Shown here in pieces: positions 1 to 11,137 of a DNA stretch of 64,000 bases. Positions within the stretch are counted from its first letter, which is position 1, and each line of letters opens with the position of its first letter. The notes beneath the pieces are model-generated. The model was not told the origin of the DNA, did not search any database, and saw only the letters and a program-made list of their open reading frames with translations. Position numbers and translations under genes: made by a program. This stretch comes from Pseudomonadota bacterium (GTDB lineage: Bacteria > Pseudomonadota > Alphaproteobacteria > Sphingomonadales > Sphingomonadaceae), in assembly GCA_046731515.1 (NCBI GenBank), contig JBKPLG010000060.1, positions 5,447-69,446 of the forward strand. Reading direction: 5' to 3'.

Positions 1-2
1 AG

Positions 3-161
3 GGTGTCGCCATTCCGATCCGCGTCCGCTTCGACGACCTCGAGCCGGAGAAGCGGCCAGCCTCATCGGATCCGAGCTTCGCACGTCTGTGGTGCGAGAC
101 CGGCGATGAAGCGGGAATCATCAACCGCACGATCAAGCGCTGGCGCGGTCACGGCCGCTGA
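3..161 (+). CDS. 3' end of a gene entering the window, probably a HerA/DUF87-type ATP-binding protein
   Basis: Open frame from 3 to TGA at 159-161 reads GVAIPIRVRFDDLEPEKRPASSDPSFARLW...IKRWRGHGR. It resembles C-termini of alphaproteobacterial HerA-like ATPases (recalled, not searched). Partial; not in the ORF track. Confidence 0.55.
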   Translation, partial: GVAIPIRVRFDDLEPEKRPASSDPSFARLWCETGDEAGIINRTIKRWRGHGR

Positions 162-302
162 GCCGCCGAGCGTAGCGACGCCGACGCCCGGCGTCGCCGG
201 AGCAGCGCGAAGAGATGGCGACGCGCGGACCTCACACCGGGATGCTCGTTGCGCGCAACAGTCGCCGTATCCGGCCTCGGCCCAAACACAGCTGAGGTCA
301 GA

Positions 303-1673
303 TCAGCTGCGCTTCGACCCTATGCTCAGCAGAGCTTTCAGCCGAGCTTTCACCGCATCGGCAAGATGTGCGTCCACCACGGGTGCGCCGGCGAACCGGA
401 CTGATAGCGGATTCACCGCGGCGCCGTCCTTGCGCACCTCGTAGTGAAGATGGGCTCCAGTCGAGAGCCCCGATGACCCGACATAGCCGATCAGCTGACC
501 CCGGCGGACCATTTCACCCGGATAGGCAGCGATCTGGCTCATGTGCGAGTAACTGGTCATGAGACCGCCGCCATGGGCGATTCGGACCTGCCGTCCATAG
601 CCTCCTGCCCACCCTGCGCCCACGACCTGTCCATCTGCCGCCGCGACGATCGGACTGCCCCAGCTGGCGCCGAAATCAAGGCCCGCATGGAAGCGGCTGA
701 AGTGCAGGATTGGATGATAGCGATATCCGAAATAAGAGGTGATCCGTCCCGCCACGGGCCACGCCATGTCTTCGGATGCGGGCGCAGGCTGCTGCGCATT
801 GGCTACATCGATCCATTGACCACGGCCGTTCGTCGTCCAGCGGACGAGCTGCAGGTCTTGCGCTGCGGCGCGGTCGAGGCCGGCGTAGAGCAAGGCACCT
901 TCCTGCCGTCCGCCGTCGCCGGCGCGCCGGCTGGCGAGGATCAGGTCGAAGCTGTCGCCCGTGCCGACATCGCCTCCGACATCAATCTCAGTCGCAAGCG
1001 CCGCGAGATATTGTGCGGCAGCCTGCGGCGAAGCACCGGCAGCGCGAAGAGACCAGTAGAGACCATCCCCAACTCGGCCGCGAATCCTAAGCGGGCTGTT
1101 GTCGATCGCTACCTTCGATTTCTGCAGGTGAAGCCCGGCGCCATCGCGATTGACGCGAAGGGTTTCGCCCAGTCCGCCGTTGAGGTGTGCGCTCGTGACC
1201 GGTCTCGTCGTTCCATTCTTCGGACCCAGCTCGAAAGCAACGGCCGTTCCAGCAACCAAGTTCGGCGCGGCGGTTTCAATCAAGTCACCAACCGCGACGG
1301 CGTCGCCATAGTCGGCGCCGGAACGCAGTAGCAGCGCACGAATGCTGTCGTTTGAACCCAAAATTGCCGTCAGCCGCACGCTCGTTCGCGCTGGCGCGAC
1401 GGGGATTGGCTCTACGGCATCCGTTGCCGCCATCCGCATGCCGGTCGAGCCTCCAGTCGACAAGGGCGCGATTGCAAGCGCCTGCCACTGACGATGCTCG
1501 TCGGTCGAAAGGTCCCGGGCATGCGGCAAGGACGCCCAGGCAACGCCGCTGCACAGCAAAGCCGCTGCCCCGGCGCCCGTCCAACCCTTGTGCGGGAGCG
1601 CGGGCGAAAGCGTCAGCGCGCTGCCCGTTCGGCGGCCGAATGGCCGCGGTTGGCTGAAATGCTCCGTCAGCAC
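303..1673 (-). CDS. M23 family metallopeptidase (peptidoglycan endopeptidase)
   Basis: HAGLDF (HxxxD) and STGAHLHYEV (HxH) motifs with an N-terminal TM. Start taken at GTG 1673 to avoid overlap with the divergent helicase; the ORF extends to 1817. Confidence 0.9.
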   Translation of the reverse strand: MLTEHFSQPRPFGRRTGSALTLSPALPHKGWTGAGAAALLCSGVAWASLPHARDLSTDEHRQWQALAIAPLSTGGSTGMRMAATDAVEPIPVAPARTSVRLTAILGSNDSIRALLLRSGADYGDAVAVGDLIETAAPNLVAGTAVAFELGPKNGTTRPVTSAHLNGGLGETLRVNRDGAGLHLQKSKVAIDNSPLRIRGRVGDGLYWSLRAAGASPQAAAQYLAALATEIDVGGDVGTGDSFDLILASRRAGDGGRQEGALLYAGLDRAAAQDLQLVRWTTNGRGQWIDVANAQQPAPASEDMAWPVAGRITSYFGYRYHPILHFSRFHAGLDFGASWGSPIVAAADGQVVGAGWAGGYGRQVRIAHGGGLMTSYSHMSQIAAYPGEMVRRGQLIGYVGSSGLSTGAHLHYEVRKDGAAVNPLSVRFAGAPVVDAHLADAVKARLKALLSIGSKRS

Positions 1674-1761
1674 CCCGCCGTGATCGCCAATCAAGGTTAA
1701 AACCGCCCTAATTCGCGCGATTTGGAACCTTGCGTTCCTCTGGGGCGCTGCCACATTTGCG

Positions 1762-4287
1762 ATGATGGTGCAGCGTTCAGACGCTTCGGTTCGGGCGATC
1801 CTCGGACCGACCAACACGGGGAAGACCTACCTCGCGATCGAGCGGATGTGCGGTCATTCTTCGGGAGTCATCGGCTTCCCGCTAAGGTTGCTCGCGCGCG
1901 AGGTCTATGATCGGGTCTGCGCGATGAAGGGTGAGAGGCAAGTCGCGCTCCTGACGGGCGAGGAAAGGATCGTCCCCCCGCAGGCACGCTATTTTCTCTG
2001 CACTGCCGAAAGCATGCCAGTCCCGGGCGCCGATACGCATCACGAAGGAGAGCTGCAGCGGGACTTCGCCTTCGCGGCGATCGATGAGGCGCAGCTAGGG
2101 ATCGATTCCGAGCGCGGCCACGTCTTCACCGACCGCATGCTGCGTGCGCGCGGCCGCGAGGAGACATTGATCCTTGGCTCGAACTCATTGAAGCCGATCA
2201 TTCGCGAGCTGCTGCCCGATGTCGAGATCGTGAGCCGGCCGCGCTTTTCGACGCTGCGATACGCAGGCAGCGTCAAATTGTCGCGGCTTCCGCCGCGCTC
2301 TGCCGTCGTCGCCTTTTCCGCCGAGCAAGTCTACGCGCTTGCCGAGATGCTGCGGCGCTTTCGCGGCGGCGCGGCTGTTGTGATGGGCGCCCTGTCGCCG
2401 GCGACGCGCAATGCACAGGTCGCGATGTTCCAACGCGGGGAGGTCGATTACCTCGTTGCCACCGATGCCATCGGCATGGGGCTTAACATGGACGTCACGC
2501 ATGTCGCCTTCGCCGGTCTCGAGAAATTCGACGGCCGCAGGGACCGGCGTCTGACAATAGCCGAAATGGCGCAGATCGCCGGCCGCGCCGGGCGCCACCA
2601 GAAGGACGGAAGCTTCGGCACGCTAGGCTTGGGGTCGGAGGAAAGCGTCGGTCTGAGCGAAGAGGAAATCGCCGCTATCGAGGAGCATCGTTTCCGCCCG
2701 CTCGATTCCGTCTACTGGCGCAATGCCGCGCTGGACTTCAGCGACGTTCGAACGCTGATCGCGAGCCTTGAGCGGAAGAGCGACGACCCGTTGCTTCGAC
2801 CCGCCCCCGAAGCGATCGACCTTGCCGTCCTCAAGCTTATCGCTGAGGACCCGGCGATTGCCGCCAAACGCGGCGAGCAGGCTCGGCGTCTTTGGGCAGT
2901 CTGCGGCCTACCCGACTTTCGCAAGATTGGCGCGATGCATCACGCACGCATGGTCCGCCGTTTGTTCAGCTACATCGGCGAGGGCGGCCATGTTCCCCAC
3001 GAATGGTTCGGGGCCGAAGTCGCTCGTCTCGACAATATGAGCGGCGACATCGAGGCGCTCGCGGACCGCCTCGCCGGGATCCGCAGCTGGGCTTATATCG
3101 CGCACCGCGCTGACTGGCTGAAGGAACCGGCCAAATGGGCCGAGCGGACGCGCGAGGTCGAGGCCAGATTGAGCGACGCCCTCCACGAGCGCCTCACGCA
3201 ACGCTTCGTCGACCGCCGGACTGCGGTGCTGGTACGCGACATCGGAGCGCGGGGCTCCGACGCATTGCCAGTGACCGTCGCCGCCGACGGCGAGGTGAGC
3301 GTTGGGCCAGAACCGATTGGCCATCTCGCGGGCTTCGAGTTTCGCGTGGACCCGTCCGCGCGTTTGGCCGACAAGCGCTTGTTGCTCGCCGCCGCCGAGC
3401 GCCGGCTTGGCGATGAGCTCGACCGTCGGGCGGCTGCGCTGATCGACGCGCCCGACCAGACATTTGCGCTGACAGTCGAAGAATCAGGCGGCTTAGCGAT
3501 CACTTGGCAAGATCATATCCTTGCGCGCCTCGCGGCTGGACGATCGCTGCTGGAGCCGGCGATCCGGACTGCTCGCACTCTCGACCGTCTGTCCACCCCG
3601 ACGCGCGCCGCGCTGCGGGGGCGTCTCGAACGCTGGCTGGACAACCAGATCGTCCGAAATCTGCGGCCGCTCGAGAGACTCTCGGCAGCTGCAACCGATC
3701 CGGCGACATCGCCCGGTGTGCGCGCGCTCGCGGCCATGCTCACGGATGCCGGCGGCGTGCTTCCGCGCAAGACCATGCTCAGTGCAATCGCCCATCTCGA
3801 GCAGGCTGATCGGCAGGCGCTGCATAAGCTGCAGGTCCGCCTGGGGCCGCTCGATGTGTTCCTTCGGCCCGTGCTTAAACCTGCAGCCCAGTTCTGGCGC
3901 GGTGCCTTGCTCGGCGTGCGCGCGGGCCAGCCGATGCCGTCATTGCCCGCCGCTGGAGCGGCTATGCTGCCAGCCGAAGCGGACGCCCGCGGAGCCGCGC
4001 TCGCTTATCGCAGACTCGGCCGAACTTGGCTCCGGGTGGATCTCGCCGACCGCCTCGCCAGTCATGCGCGTAAGGTGCGCTCCGCCGGCGGCGACGACCC
4101 AGTCGACCAAGCGCTCGCCACCTCGATTGGCCTCGACAATGCTGCGATTGGACTGCTGATGATGGAAATCGGTTTCACGCGAGCGGGCGATGCCTGGCGT
4201 TGGCGTGGCCGCCGCGGTCCGCGGTCCGATCGCCGCGGGCCCCGTTCTCACGCCTTTGCCGAGCTGGCGAAGCTCAAGAAGAAGTGA
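1762..4287 (+). CDS. Suv3/MgpS-like superfamily II helicase
   Basis: GPTNTGKT Walker A, DEAQ, ATDAIGMGLN, QIAGRAGR motif VI. Confidence 0.92.
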   Translation: MMVQRSDASVRAILGPTNTGKTYLAIERMCGHSSGVIGFPLRLLAREVYDRVCAMKGERQVALLTGEERIVPPQARYFLCTAESMPVPGADTHHEGELQRDFAFAAIDEAQLGIDSERGHVFTDRMLRARGREETLILGSNSLKPIIRELLPDVEIVSRPRFSTLRYAGSVKLSRLPPRSAVVAFSAEQVYALAEMLRRFRGGAAVVMGALSPATRNAQVAMFQRGEVDYLVATDAIGMGLNMDVTHVAFAGLEKFDGRRDRRLTIAEMAQIAGRAGRHQKDGSFGTLGLGSEESVGLSEEEIAAIEEHRFRPLDSVYWRNAALDFSDVRTLIASLERKSDDPLLRPAPEAIDLAVLKLIAEDPAIAAKRGEQARRLWAVCGLPDFRKIGAMHHARMVRRLFSYIGEGGHVPHEWFGAEVARLDNMSGDIEALADRLAGIRSWAYIAHRADWLKEPAKWAERTREVEARLSDALHERLTQRFVDRRTAVLVRDIGARGSDALPVTVAADGEVSVGPEPIGHLAGFEFRVDPSARLADKRLLLAAAERRLGDELDRRAAALIDAPDQTFALTVEESGGLAITWQDHILARLAAGRSLLEPAIRTARTLDRLSTPTRAALRGRLERWLDNQIVRNLRPLERLSAAATDPATSPGVRALAAMLTDAGGVLPRKTMLSAIAHLEQADRQALHKLQVRLGPLDVFLRPVLKPAAQFWRGALLGVRAGQPMPSLPAAGAAMLPAEADARGAALAYRRLGRTWLRVDLADRLASHARKVRSAGGDDPVDQALATSIGLDNAAIGLLMMEIGFTRAGDAWRWRGRRGPRSDRRGPRSHAFAELAKLKKK

Positions 4288-4568
4288 GGATCGACCGTTA
4301 TCTCCATTGCATCCGCCTGGTGAAGAGCCGCACCCTCGCTCAAGCGGTGATCGAAAGCGGCTACGTGCGGGTCGACGGTAAGCGTGTCGAAAAGCCAAGC
4401 GAGGACGTTCGCGTAGGCAGCACAATCGCGCTGCCGTTGCACGGGCGTGTACGGGTGCTGCGAGTCATCCGGTTGCCTGGGCGCCGCGGTCCCGCGCCCG
4501 AGGCCCGGACTTGTTACGAGGAACTGGGTTCTCCCCCGGGAATTGACGAGGACAAGCCTCGGGCATAG
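4284..4568 (+). CDS. hslR: RNA-binding S4 domain protein (Hsp15/HslR-like)
   Basis: RIDRYL..RLVKSRTLAQ..G.VRVDG...KPS S4 motif. GTG 4284 overlaps the helicase TGA. Confidence 0.85.
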   Translation: MRIDRYLHCIRLVKSRTLAQAVIESGYVRVDGKRVEKPSEDVRVGSTIALPLHGRVRVLRVIRLPGRRGPAPEARTCYEELGSPPGIDEDKPRA

Positions 4569-4595
4569 CGAAGTCCCCAAAGGGAGAGCTTGTTC

Positions 4596-4934
4596 ATGAC
4601 CTACGTCGTCACCGACGCCTGCATCAAATGCAAATATATGGACTGCGTCGAGGTCTGCCCGGTCGATTGTTTTTATGAGGGCGAGGTGATGCTCGTCATC
4701 AATCCCAGTGAGTGCATCGATTGCGGAGTGTGCGAGCCCGAGTGCCCGGCCGAAGCGATCCTTCCCGACACTGAAAGCGGCCTCGAGAAGTGGCTCGAGC
4801 TCAACACCACCTTCTCTGCCGATTGGCCGAACATCACCCGGAAGAAGGATAGCCCCGCCGATGCGGACGAGCATAAGGGCGAGGAGGGCAAGTACGACAA
4901 ATACTTCACCCCTGATCCAGGCTCGGGTGACTAA
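4596..4934 (+). CDS. fdxA: FdxA-type ferredoxin
   Basis: [27 protein letters not shown] and [12 protein letters not shown]. Confidence 0.95.
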   Translation: MTYVVTDACIKCKYMDCVEVCPVDCFYEGEVMLVINPSECIDCGVCEPECPAEAILPDTESGLEKWLELNTTFSADWPNITRKKDSPADADEHKGEEGKYDKYFTPDPGSGD

Positions 4935-5022
4935 ACCCCTGTAACTGCCAAGTTTTCCGTCGAAGCTTTCGCAACCACTTAACCCCTGTCATATTCATTC
5001 TTGAAAACAGGGGAACCAAAGA

Positions 5023-5868
5023 ATGCGCCACCTAATCTGCGCCGCGCTGGCGGTCAGCCTTGCATCGCCGTGCATGGCTCAATCAAAACCGCCTGCGGCC
5101 CAGCTACCGAGCCCCGAAGACCTTGCCAACCGCAACACCGTGACAGTCGGTGTCGGCGGCGCAGTGGTGCCGGATTACGAGGGTTCCGACGATTATCGGA
5201 TCATTCCGGCAGCGGCGATTCGCGGCAAGGTGCGCGGCATCTCCTTCTCGACGCGCGGTACCTATCTCTATGTCGATGTTGTCCCTTCCCGCGGCGGCAA
5301 GGTCGACTTCGACGCAGGGCCCATAGCGGGCTTCCGGGTCAACAAGCGGCGTCACATAGAGGATGACATTGTCGAGCTACTGCCGAAGACTAAGACCGCG
5401 TTCGAAATAGGCGGATTTGCCGGAGTGAGCCTCCATGGCCTTACCAATCCCTACGACACACTAGCCTTCCGGCTTGACCTCACCCAGGCGCTCAATGCCT
5501 ATGAGGGAACCAACTTCTCTCCGAATATCGAATTCTCGACGCCGCTGTCACAGAGGACTTATGCCGGCCTCTCGCTCGGCGCCGAATTCGTCGGCAACAA
5601 ATATGCAGATTACTATTTCAGCATCACTCCCGAGGATTCCTTTGCCAGTGGTCTGCCGGTGTTTGAAGCCGATGGCGGCATGAAGAACTGGAAAGTGGGC
5701 CTGCTCCTCAATCAGTCGATCACCGGCGACCTGCTCGGCGGCTTTTCGATCTTTGGCGCGGCCCAATATTCGCGGCTGGTCGGGGACTTCAAGCGATCGC
5801 CGATCGTCTCGGATCGCGGCAGCGCAAATCAATGGCTCGGTGCCCTCGGGCTTGCTTACACCTGGTAG
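5023..5868 (+). CDS. MipA/OmpV family outer-membrane protein
   Basis: Signal peptide, PDYEGSDDY, YADYYF, SPIV and terminal aromatic residue (YTW). Confidence 0.85.
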   Translation: MRHLICAALAVSLASPCMAQSKPPAAQLPSPEDLANRNTVTVGVGGAVVPDYEGSDDYRIIPAAAIRGKVRGISFSTRGTYLYVDVVPSRGGKVDFDAGPIAGFRVNKRRHIEDDIVELLPKTKTAFEIGGFAGVSLHGLTNPYDTLAFRLDLTQALNAYEGTNFSPNIEFSTPLSQRTYAGLSLGAEFVGNKYADYYFSITPEDSFASGLPVFEADGGMKNWKVGLLLNQSITGDLLGGFSIFGAAQYSRLVGDFKRSPIVSDRGSANQWLGALGLAYTW

Positions 5869-5871
5869 GGC

Positions 5872-7794
5872 TCAGCGCCGGTTGAGCAACTCGTCGACAA
5901 TGCGATCCGCCGCCTGATCTGGCGTTAGTGTCGTCGTGTCGACGTGGATTTCCGGAGATTGGGGCGGTTCGTACGGGCTATCGATACCGGTGAAGTTCTT
6001 GAGCTCGCCGGCGCGCGCCTTGGCATAGAGGCCTTTGACGTCGCGCTTTTCCGCTTCCGCAAGCGGCGTGTCGACGAAGATTTCGAAAAACTCGCCTTCG
6101 GGGACCATTCGGCGCACCATTTCGCGCTCGGCCCGGAAGGGTGAGATGAAGGCTGTGAGAACGATCAGCCCCGCATCGGTCATCAGTCGGGCGACTTCAC
6201 CCACGCGGCGGATATTCTCGATCCGGTCCGCTTCGGTGAAGCCGAGATCCCGGTTGAGCCCGTGTCGGACATTGTCGCCATCGAGGAGGAACGTATGCCG
6301 GCCCCGCGCGGCGAGCTTCTTCTCGACAAGATTGGCGATCGTCGACTTGCCTGCCCCCGACAAACCGGTGAACCAAAGCACTGCCGGCCTCTGCCCTTTC
6401 AGGCCGGAATGCGTCTCGCGGCTGACCTCGAGATGCTGGCGATGAATGTTGAGCGCACGCCGCAGCGCGAAGTGGATCATTCCGCAGCCGACTGTCGCAT
6501 TGCTCAGCTTGTCCATCAGGACGAAGCCGCCGAGCGCGCGATTGGGACTCGTTCCCTCTACCGTATAAGGTTCGAAGACGATTTCGCGGTCGGTCGCGAG
6601 CTCAGCTACCCCGATGGCGTTGAGTCCGAGAGTCTTCGCGGCGAGGTGCTCGAGCGTGTTGACGTTCACCTCATATTTGGGCTCCTGGATCATGGCGGTG
6701 ACGGTCTGAGCGCCAACCTTCATCCAGTAACCGCGTCCGGGAAGAAGCTCCTCGTCGGCCATCCAAACGATGGTCGTTTCGAACTGGTCGGCGGCTTCCG
6801 GTGGATCGCCCGCAGCGGCAATCACGTCGCCGCGCGAGCAATCGATTTCGTCCTCGAAGGTCATCGTAACCGACTGGCCCGCGACGGCCTCATCGAGATC
6901 TCCGTCGAGCGTGACGATCCGATCGATCCGCGTCAGACGACCGGACGGCAAAACGCGCACGTCCGCGCCCGGGCCAATCGTGCCCGACGCGATCTGGCCA
7001 GAGAATCCGCGGAAATTCTGATTCGGACGGTTCACCCATTGGACGGGCATGCGCATCGGCTTTTCCGCATCGGCCGCAGCATCAAGTGGAACCGTGTCGA
7101 GATGTTCGAGCAGACTGGGGCCCGTGTACCACGAAGTCCGCTCGCTTCGGCTCATCACATTGTCGCCGTTGAGCCCCGAGACCGGAATGGCGATCCAATC
7201 TTCGATGCCGATTTTCGCCGCGAACCCGCGATAGTCCGCGCAAATCGCATCGAATGCCGCCTGATCGTAATCGACCAGATCCATCTTATTCACGGCTAGG
7301 ACGAAACGGCGGATACCGACCAGCTGCGCCAAATAGGAATGGCGCCGGGTCTGCGTCAGCACCCCCTTGCGCGCATCGACCAGCAGCACCGCAAGGTCGG
7401 CGGTCGACGCGCCGGTCACCATGTTGCGCGTATATTGCTCATGCCCCGGCGTATCGGCAACGATGAACTTGCGCTTCGCGCTGGAGAAAAAACGATAGGC
7501 AACGTCGATCGTGATGCCCTGCTCGCGCTCGGCCGAAAGCCCGTCGACGAGCAAGGCGAAATCGATCCGCTCGCCTTGAGTGCCATGCCGTTTGCTGTCG
7601 CTTTCCAGCGCGTCGAGCTGGTCATCGAAGATTTGCTTGCTCTCGTAAAGCAGCCGTCCGATCAGGGTCGACTTACCGTCATCGACACTCCCGCAGGTGA
7701 TGAAGCGCAGCAGCTCCTTCGCTTCCTGCTGCGCGAGCCAGGCGCGCACGTCATGGCGGATCAGTTCTTCTTCGGACTCGAGCGGGCGGGACAT
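5872..7794 (-). CDS. cysNC: Bifunctional sulfate adenylyltransferase large subunit / APS kinase (CysN/CysC, NodQ-type)
   Basis: [22 protein letters not shown] and NKMD GTPase motifs. C-terminal APS kinase [28 protein letters not shown]. Confidence 0.96.
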   Translation of the reverse strand: MSRPLESEEELIRHDVRAWLAQQEAKELLRFITCGSVDDGKSTLIGRLLYESKQIFDDQLDALESDSKRHGTQGERIDFALLVDGLSAEREQGITIDVAYRFFSSAKRKFIVADTPGHEQYTRNMVTGASTADLAVLLVDARKGVLTQTRRHSYLAQLVGIRRFVLAVNKMDLVDYDQAAFDAICADYRGFAAKIGIEDWIAIPVSGLNGDNVMSRSERTSWYTGPSLLEHLDTVPLDAAADAEKPMRMPVQWVNRPNQNFRGFSGQIASGTIGPGADVRVLPSGRLTRIDRIVTLDGDLDEAVAGQSVTMTFEDEIDCSRGDVIAAAGDPPEAADQFETTIVWMADEELLPGRGYWMKVGAQTVTAMIQEPKYEVNVNTLEHLAAKTLGLNAIGVAELATDREIVFEPYTVEGTSPNRALGGFVLMDKLSNATVGCGMIHFALRRALNIHRQHLEVSRETHSGLKGQRPAVLWFTGLSGAGKSTIANLVEKKLAARGRHTFLLDGDNVRHGLNRDLGFTEADRIENIRRVGEVARLMTDAGLIVLTAFISPFRAEREMVRRMVPEGEFFEIFVDTPLAEAEKRDVKGLYAKARAGELKNFTGIDSPYEPPQSPEIHVDTTTLTPDQAADRIVDELLNRR

Positions 7795-8693
7795 CAGAAA
7801 TATCCCTCCTGCTTCTTCTTTTCCATCGACGCGCTTCCGGCGTCCTTGTCGATCATCCGGCCTTGCCGCTCCGACGTTTTGGTGAGGAGCATTTCGGCGA
7901 CGATTTCTTCGACAGACGCCGCATCGCTCTCAACCGCGCCGGAGAGCGGATAACAACCGAGCGTTCGAAAGCGGACCTTGCGCAAAACCGCCGTGTCGCC
8001 GTCGAGGGGGAATCGCTCGTCATCGACCATCAGGATAAGCCCGTCGCGCTCGACCGTCGGACGCTCGGCGGCAAAATAAAGCGGCACGATCTCGATCTTC
8101 TCGCGCAGGATATATTGCCAGATGTCGAGTTCGGTCCAGTTCGACAGCGGAAAGACCCGCATGCTCTCGCCCCGGTTCTTGCGAACGTTGTAGAGCGACC
8201 AGAGTTCGGGCCGCTGTCGCTTCGGGTCCCAGCGATGATTCTTGTCGCGGAAGCTGAACACGCGTTCCTTGGCGCGGCTCTTCTCCTCGTCGCGACGGGC
8301 TCCGCCGAAGGCCGCATCGAACGCATATTTGTCGAGCGCCTGCTTCAGACCTTCCGTCTTCCACATATCCGTGTGTACGGGACCGTGGTCGAACGGATTG
8401 ATGCCTTTGCTTTCGGCTTCGGGGTTCCGGTAGACGATGAGCTCGATTCCCGGCTCCGCGCCGACCTTGTCGCGAAGCGCATACATGTCGCGGAACTTCC
8501 AAGTGGTATCGACGTGGAGCAGCGGGAAAGGAAGGGGGCTCGGAAAGAACGCCTTCTTGGCAAGGTGCAGCATCACCGCGGAATCCTTGCCGATCGAATA
8601 GAGCATCACTGGGCGGGCAGCCTCTGCCACCGTCTCGCGCAGGATATGGATGCTCTCGGCTTCGAGCCGGTCGAGATGCGTCAGTGAACGCAT
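7794..8693 (-). CDS. cysD: Sulfate adenylyltransferase small subunit
   Basis: SIGKDS PP-loop, [31 protein letters not shown] end. ATG at 8693; stop overlaps the cysNC start. Confidence 0.96.
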   Translation of the reverse strand: MRSLTHLDRLEAESIHILRETVAEAARPVMLYSIGKDSAVMLHLAKKAFFPSPLPFPLLHVDTTWKFRDMYALRDKVGAEPGIELIVYRNPEAESKGINPFDHGPVHTDMWKTEGLKQALDKYAFDAAFGGARRDEEKSRAKERVFSFRDKNHRWDPKRQRPELWSLYNVRKNRGESMRVFPLSNWTELDIWQYILREKIEIVPLYFAAERPTVERDGLILMVDDERFPLDGDTAVLRKVRFRTLGCYPLSGAVESDAASVEEIVAEMLLTKTSERQGRMIDKDAGSASMEKKKQEGYF

Positions 8694-8762
8694 GTTGAGT
8701 TCAGACCCCCGCTTAGGTAGCCGTCCGCTCCCACGCCGCGAGAGAGGCATTGGGCACCAAGG

Positions 8763-11012
8763 TCAGGCGTTTTCCTTCGCCTTCGCTTTGGGCTTCTTGG
8801 CTTCGGCCTGCTTATCGGATTTGCCGTCGATCGCGTCGACCAGCGGCTGGAGTCCCTCGCCATATTTTTTCCAGCGCTTCACCGACGTCTTGTAAATAGG
8901 CTTCCGCACCTGAGCGACGCTCGCCGTCTTTACGGGACGGTCGGATTTGTGGAAGTCGACGCATTTCTCGTTCCAAGGCAATCCGAGGAACTCGATGAGC
9001 CGCTTCGCCTCCTTCTCGGTGTCCGCCACGACATCTTCATATTGGACAGTGACGAGTACGCCCTCCGGAAGGACCTTGTGCCAATGATCGATCAGTTCGC
9101 GATATTTTCCATAATATCGCCCGAGTTCGCCAAGATCGTAGCTATGTGGCATGTCGTCCTTGAACAACTTGGTGAAGCCCGACAGGCAGGTATCCACGGG
9201 ATCGCGCTGCGTGTTGATGAACCTGGCGTTCGGAAACAGCAGGTGAATGATCCCGACAAAGAAATAATTAGTCAGCAGCTTGTCGGTGACGCGTTTGGAA
9301 TCACCGGACGAAGCAGTTAGCGTCTGCAGATAATTGTTTGCGACGATTTCCATCTGCGCCGGAGTCACCTTCGCCGCGATCTCCGGATATTTTGGGAGCG
9401 ATGGGAACCGGTCGCGCAATTTGCCCAGTGCGTAACTCAGATATTTGACCTCGCCCGCACCGTACACGTCCGGGTGGCTCGACAGGATCTGCTCGAGAAG
9501 GGTCGACCCCGAACGCGGCATTCCGATGATGAAAACCGGGCGTTCATCGTCGATCCCCGCGAATTTGCGGTTCTCGAAAACCTCCTTCGGAAATGCTTCC
9601 CGAATCTTGTCGAAGAAACCGTGCGTTTCTTCCTCGTTGTAATCGAGCTGCCGCCGCTTCATGCGCCCGCCCGTGATGTAATGCTCGAGTGCCCTCTCGT
9701 GCTCGCCGCGGTCTTCGAGACCCTTGGCATAAGCGAAGTGGAGGGCGAGGAATTGGTTTGCCTCGGGGTTCCGGGCCGATTTGAAGATATTGTCCATTTC
9801 CTTGAACAGATCGTCGCCCTCGCCTTCGGAATAGTCCACGAGGTCGTTGAGGTTGGCGTAGGCGCCGTACATTCTCGGATTGCGCTTTAGCGCCTTCAAT
9901 ATGTACTCGCGGGCCTCGTCCATACGGCCGACGGACTTGAGCGCAACTCCATAGAAATTCAGCGCTTCGGGACTCTCAGCATTCGCTTCGACCGCGCGCT
10001 GAAGGACCTCCAGCGCTTCGTCATAGCGGTCGGTCTCATGAAGGACCTGTCCGAGGATCGTCAGCGCTTCGGCGTTGCCGGGATCTTCGGCAAGCACGAG
10101 CCGAGTGGCCTGCTCCGCTTGGGCAACGGCGTTTCGCCGCAGCTGAATGCGCGCCGTGATCAACAACGTTTGTGCGTGTTTCGGAGCGAACTTCAGCGCA
10201 TCGCCAAGAATACGCAGCGCCTCGGTGTCCTTCTCCTGGGCGACATAGAGATTCGCCAAATTGTCATAGGCTTCGACATATTGAGAATTTTGGTTGATTG
10301 CCTTGCGCAGGGCATGCTCAGCTTCTTCGAGCTGACCCTGCTGCTGAAGCAGAGTTCCGAGGTTGTTATATGCTTCTGGATAGCGCTCTCGCTGAATGAG
10401 CGCGTCCTGATAAGCTTGAATTGCGCCGTCGACATCACCCGTCAAGCGCAGCGCATTGCCCAGGTTGTTGTGCGCCTCGGCCATTTGCGGCCTGGCTTCG
10501 ATCGCTTGACGATAGTATTCGACCGCGCGTTTTGGCTGTCCCCGGTCGAAAAAGGTGATCGCGAGATTGTTCAGCGCCTGGGAATTGATGGGATCGAGCT
10601 CGACCGCCTTCTCAAGCACTTTCGCTGCTTCCTCAACTTCGCCTCGCTGCCGAAGAACCTCCCCGAGGTTCCCATAAATACTTGCGGCCTTGGGCGCCAA
10701 CTCCATTGCACGGCGCAGGCTCTCGACCGCTTCGTCTCCGCGCCCGACCGCGTTCAGGGTCACGCCAAGAATATTATGGGCGTCAGCATTCGTCGGTCTC
10801 GCGGCGATGATTTGTCGGCAGGCCCTTTCCGCCTGGTCGTATTTGCGTTCATTGAACAACCGGCCGGCCATCTCGACGGCCTTTTCCGCCGTAACATTGA
10901 CCTTGCCATGTTGAGCGCGCTGGATCGCCTCATTAGTGTCCTCGACGGGGGGCGCGCTGGGCTGATTTAGCCTCGTACGCGCTTGTGCGGGTGCTGATTT
11001 GCTCTTGCTCAT
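8763..11012 (-). CDS. TPR-repeat sulfotransferase
   Basis: About 10 TPR-like repeats (AHNILG, IYGNLG, ALNNLA, AHNNLG, AYNNLG). Sulfotransferase 5'-PSB motif IGMPRSGSTLLEQIL and 3'-PB motif RDPVDTCLS. No signal peptide. Confidence 0.92.
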   Translation of the reverse strand: MSKSKSAPAQARTRLNQPSAPPVEDTNEAIQRAQHGKVNVTAEKAVEMAGRLFNERKYDQAERACRQIIAARPTNADAHNILGVTLNAVGRGDEAVESLRRAMELAPKAASIYGNLGEVLRQRGEVEEAAKVLEKAVELDPINSQALNNLAITFFDRGQPKRAVEYYRQAIEARPQMAEAHNNLGNALRLTGDVDGAIQAYQDALIQRERYPEAYNNLGTLLQQQGQLEEAEHALRKAINQNSQYVEAYDNLANLYVAQEKDTEALRILGDALKFAPKHAQTLLITARIQLRRNAVAQAEQATRLVLAEDPGNAEALTILGQVLHETDRYDEALEVLQRAVEANAESPEALNFYGVALKSVGRMDEAREYILKALKRNPRMYGAYANLNDLVDYSEGEGDDLFKEMDNIFKSARNPEANQFLALHFAYAKGLEDRGEHERALEHYITGGRMKRRQLDYNEEETHGFFDKIREAFPKEVFENRKFAGIDDERPVFIIGMPRSGSTLLEQILSSHPDVYGAGEVKYLSYALGKLRDRFPSLPKYPEIAAKVTPAQMEIVANNYLQTLTASSGDSKRVTDKLLTNYFFVGIIHLLFPNARFINTQRDPVDTCLSGFTKLFKDDMPHSYDLGELGRYYGKYRELIDHWHKVLPEGVLVTVQYEDVVADTEKEAKRLIEFLGLPWNEKCVDFHKSDRPVKTASVAQVRKPIYKTSVKRWKKYGEGLQPLVDAIDGKSDKQAEAKKPKAKAKENA

Positions 11013-11047
11013 GATTCGGCCGTTCTAGTCGGAAATCGGCTTCAACA

Positions 11048-11080
11048 TAAAGAAAGAAGAGGGAATTTCTTCCCTCTTCT
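11048..11080 (-). terminator. Intrinsic terminator downstream of the autotransporter gene
   Basis: Perfect 11-bp stem AGAAGAGGGAA/TTCCCTCTTCT (11055-11080) with a GAAA loop on the minus strand, followed by a U-rich tract (TTCTTT). Confidence 0.7.
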
Positions 11081-11137
11081 CCCCTTTTTGCCTGCCCGGT
11101 TCCAGAGAACTCCAGTGAAGTGCCCTGGTATCGGAAC

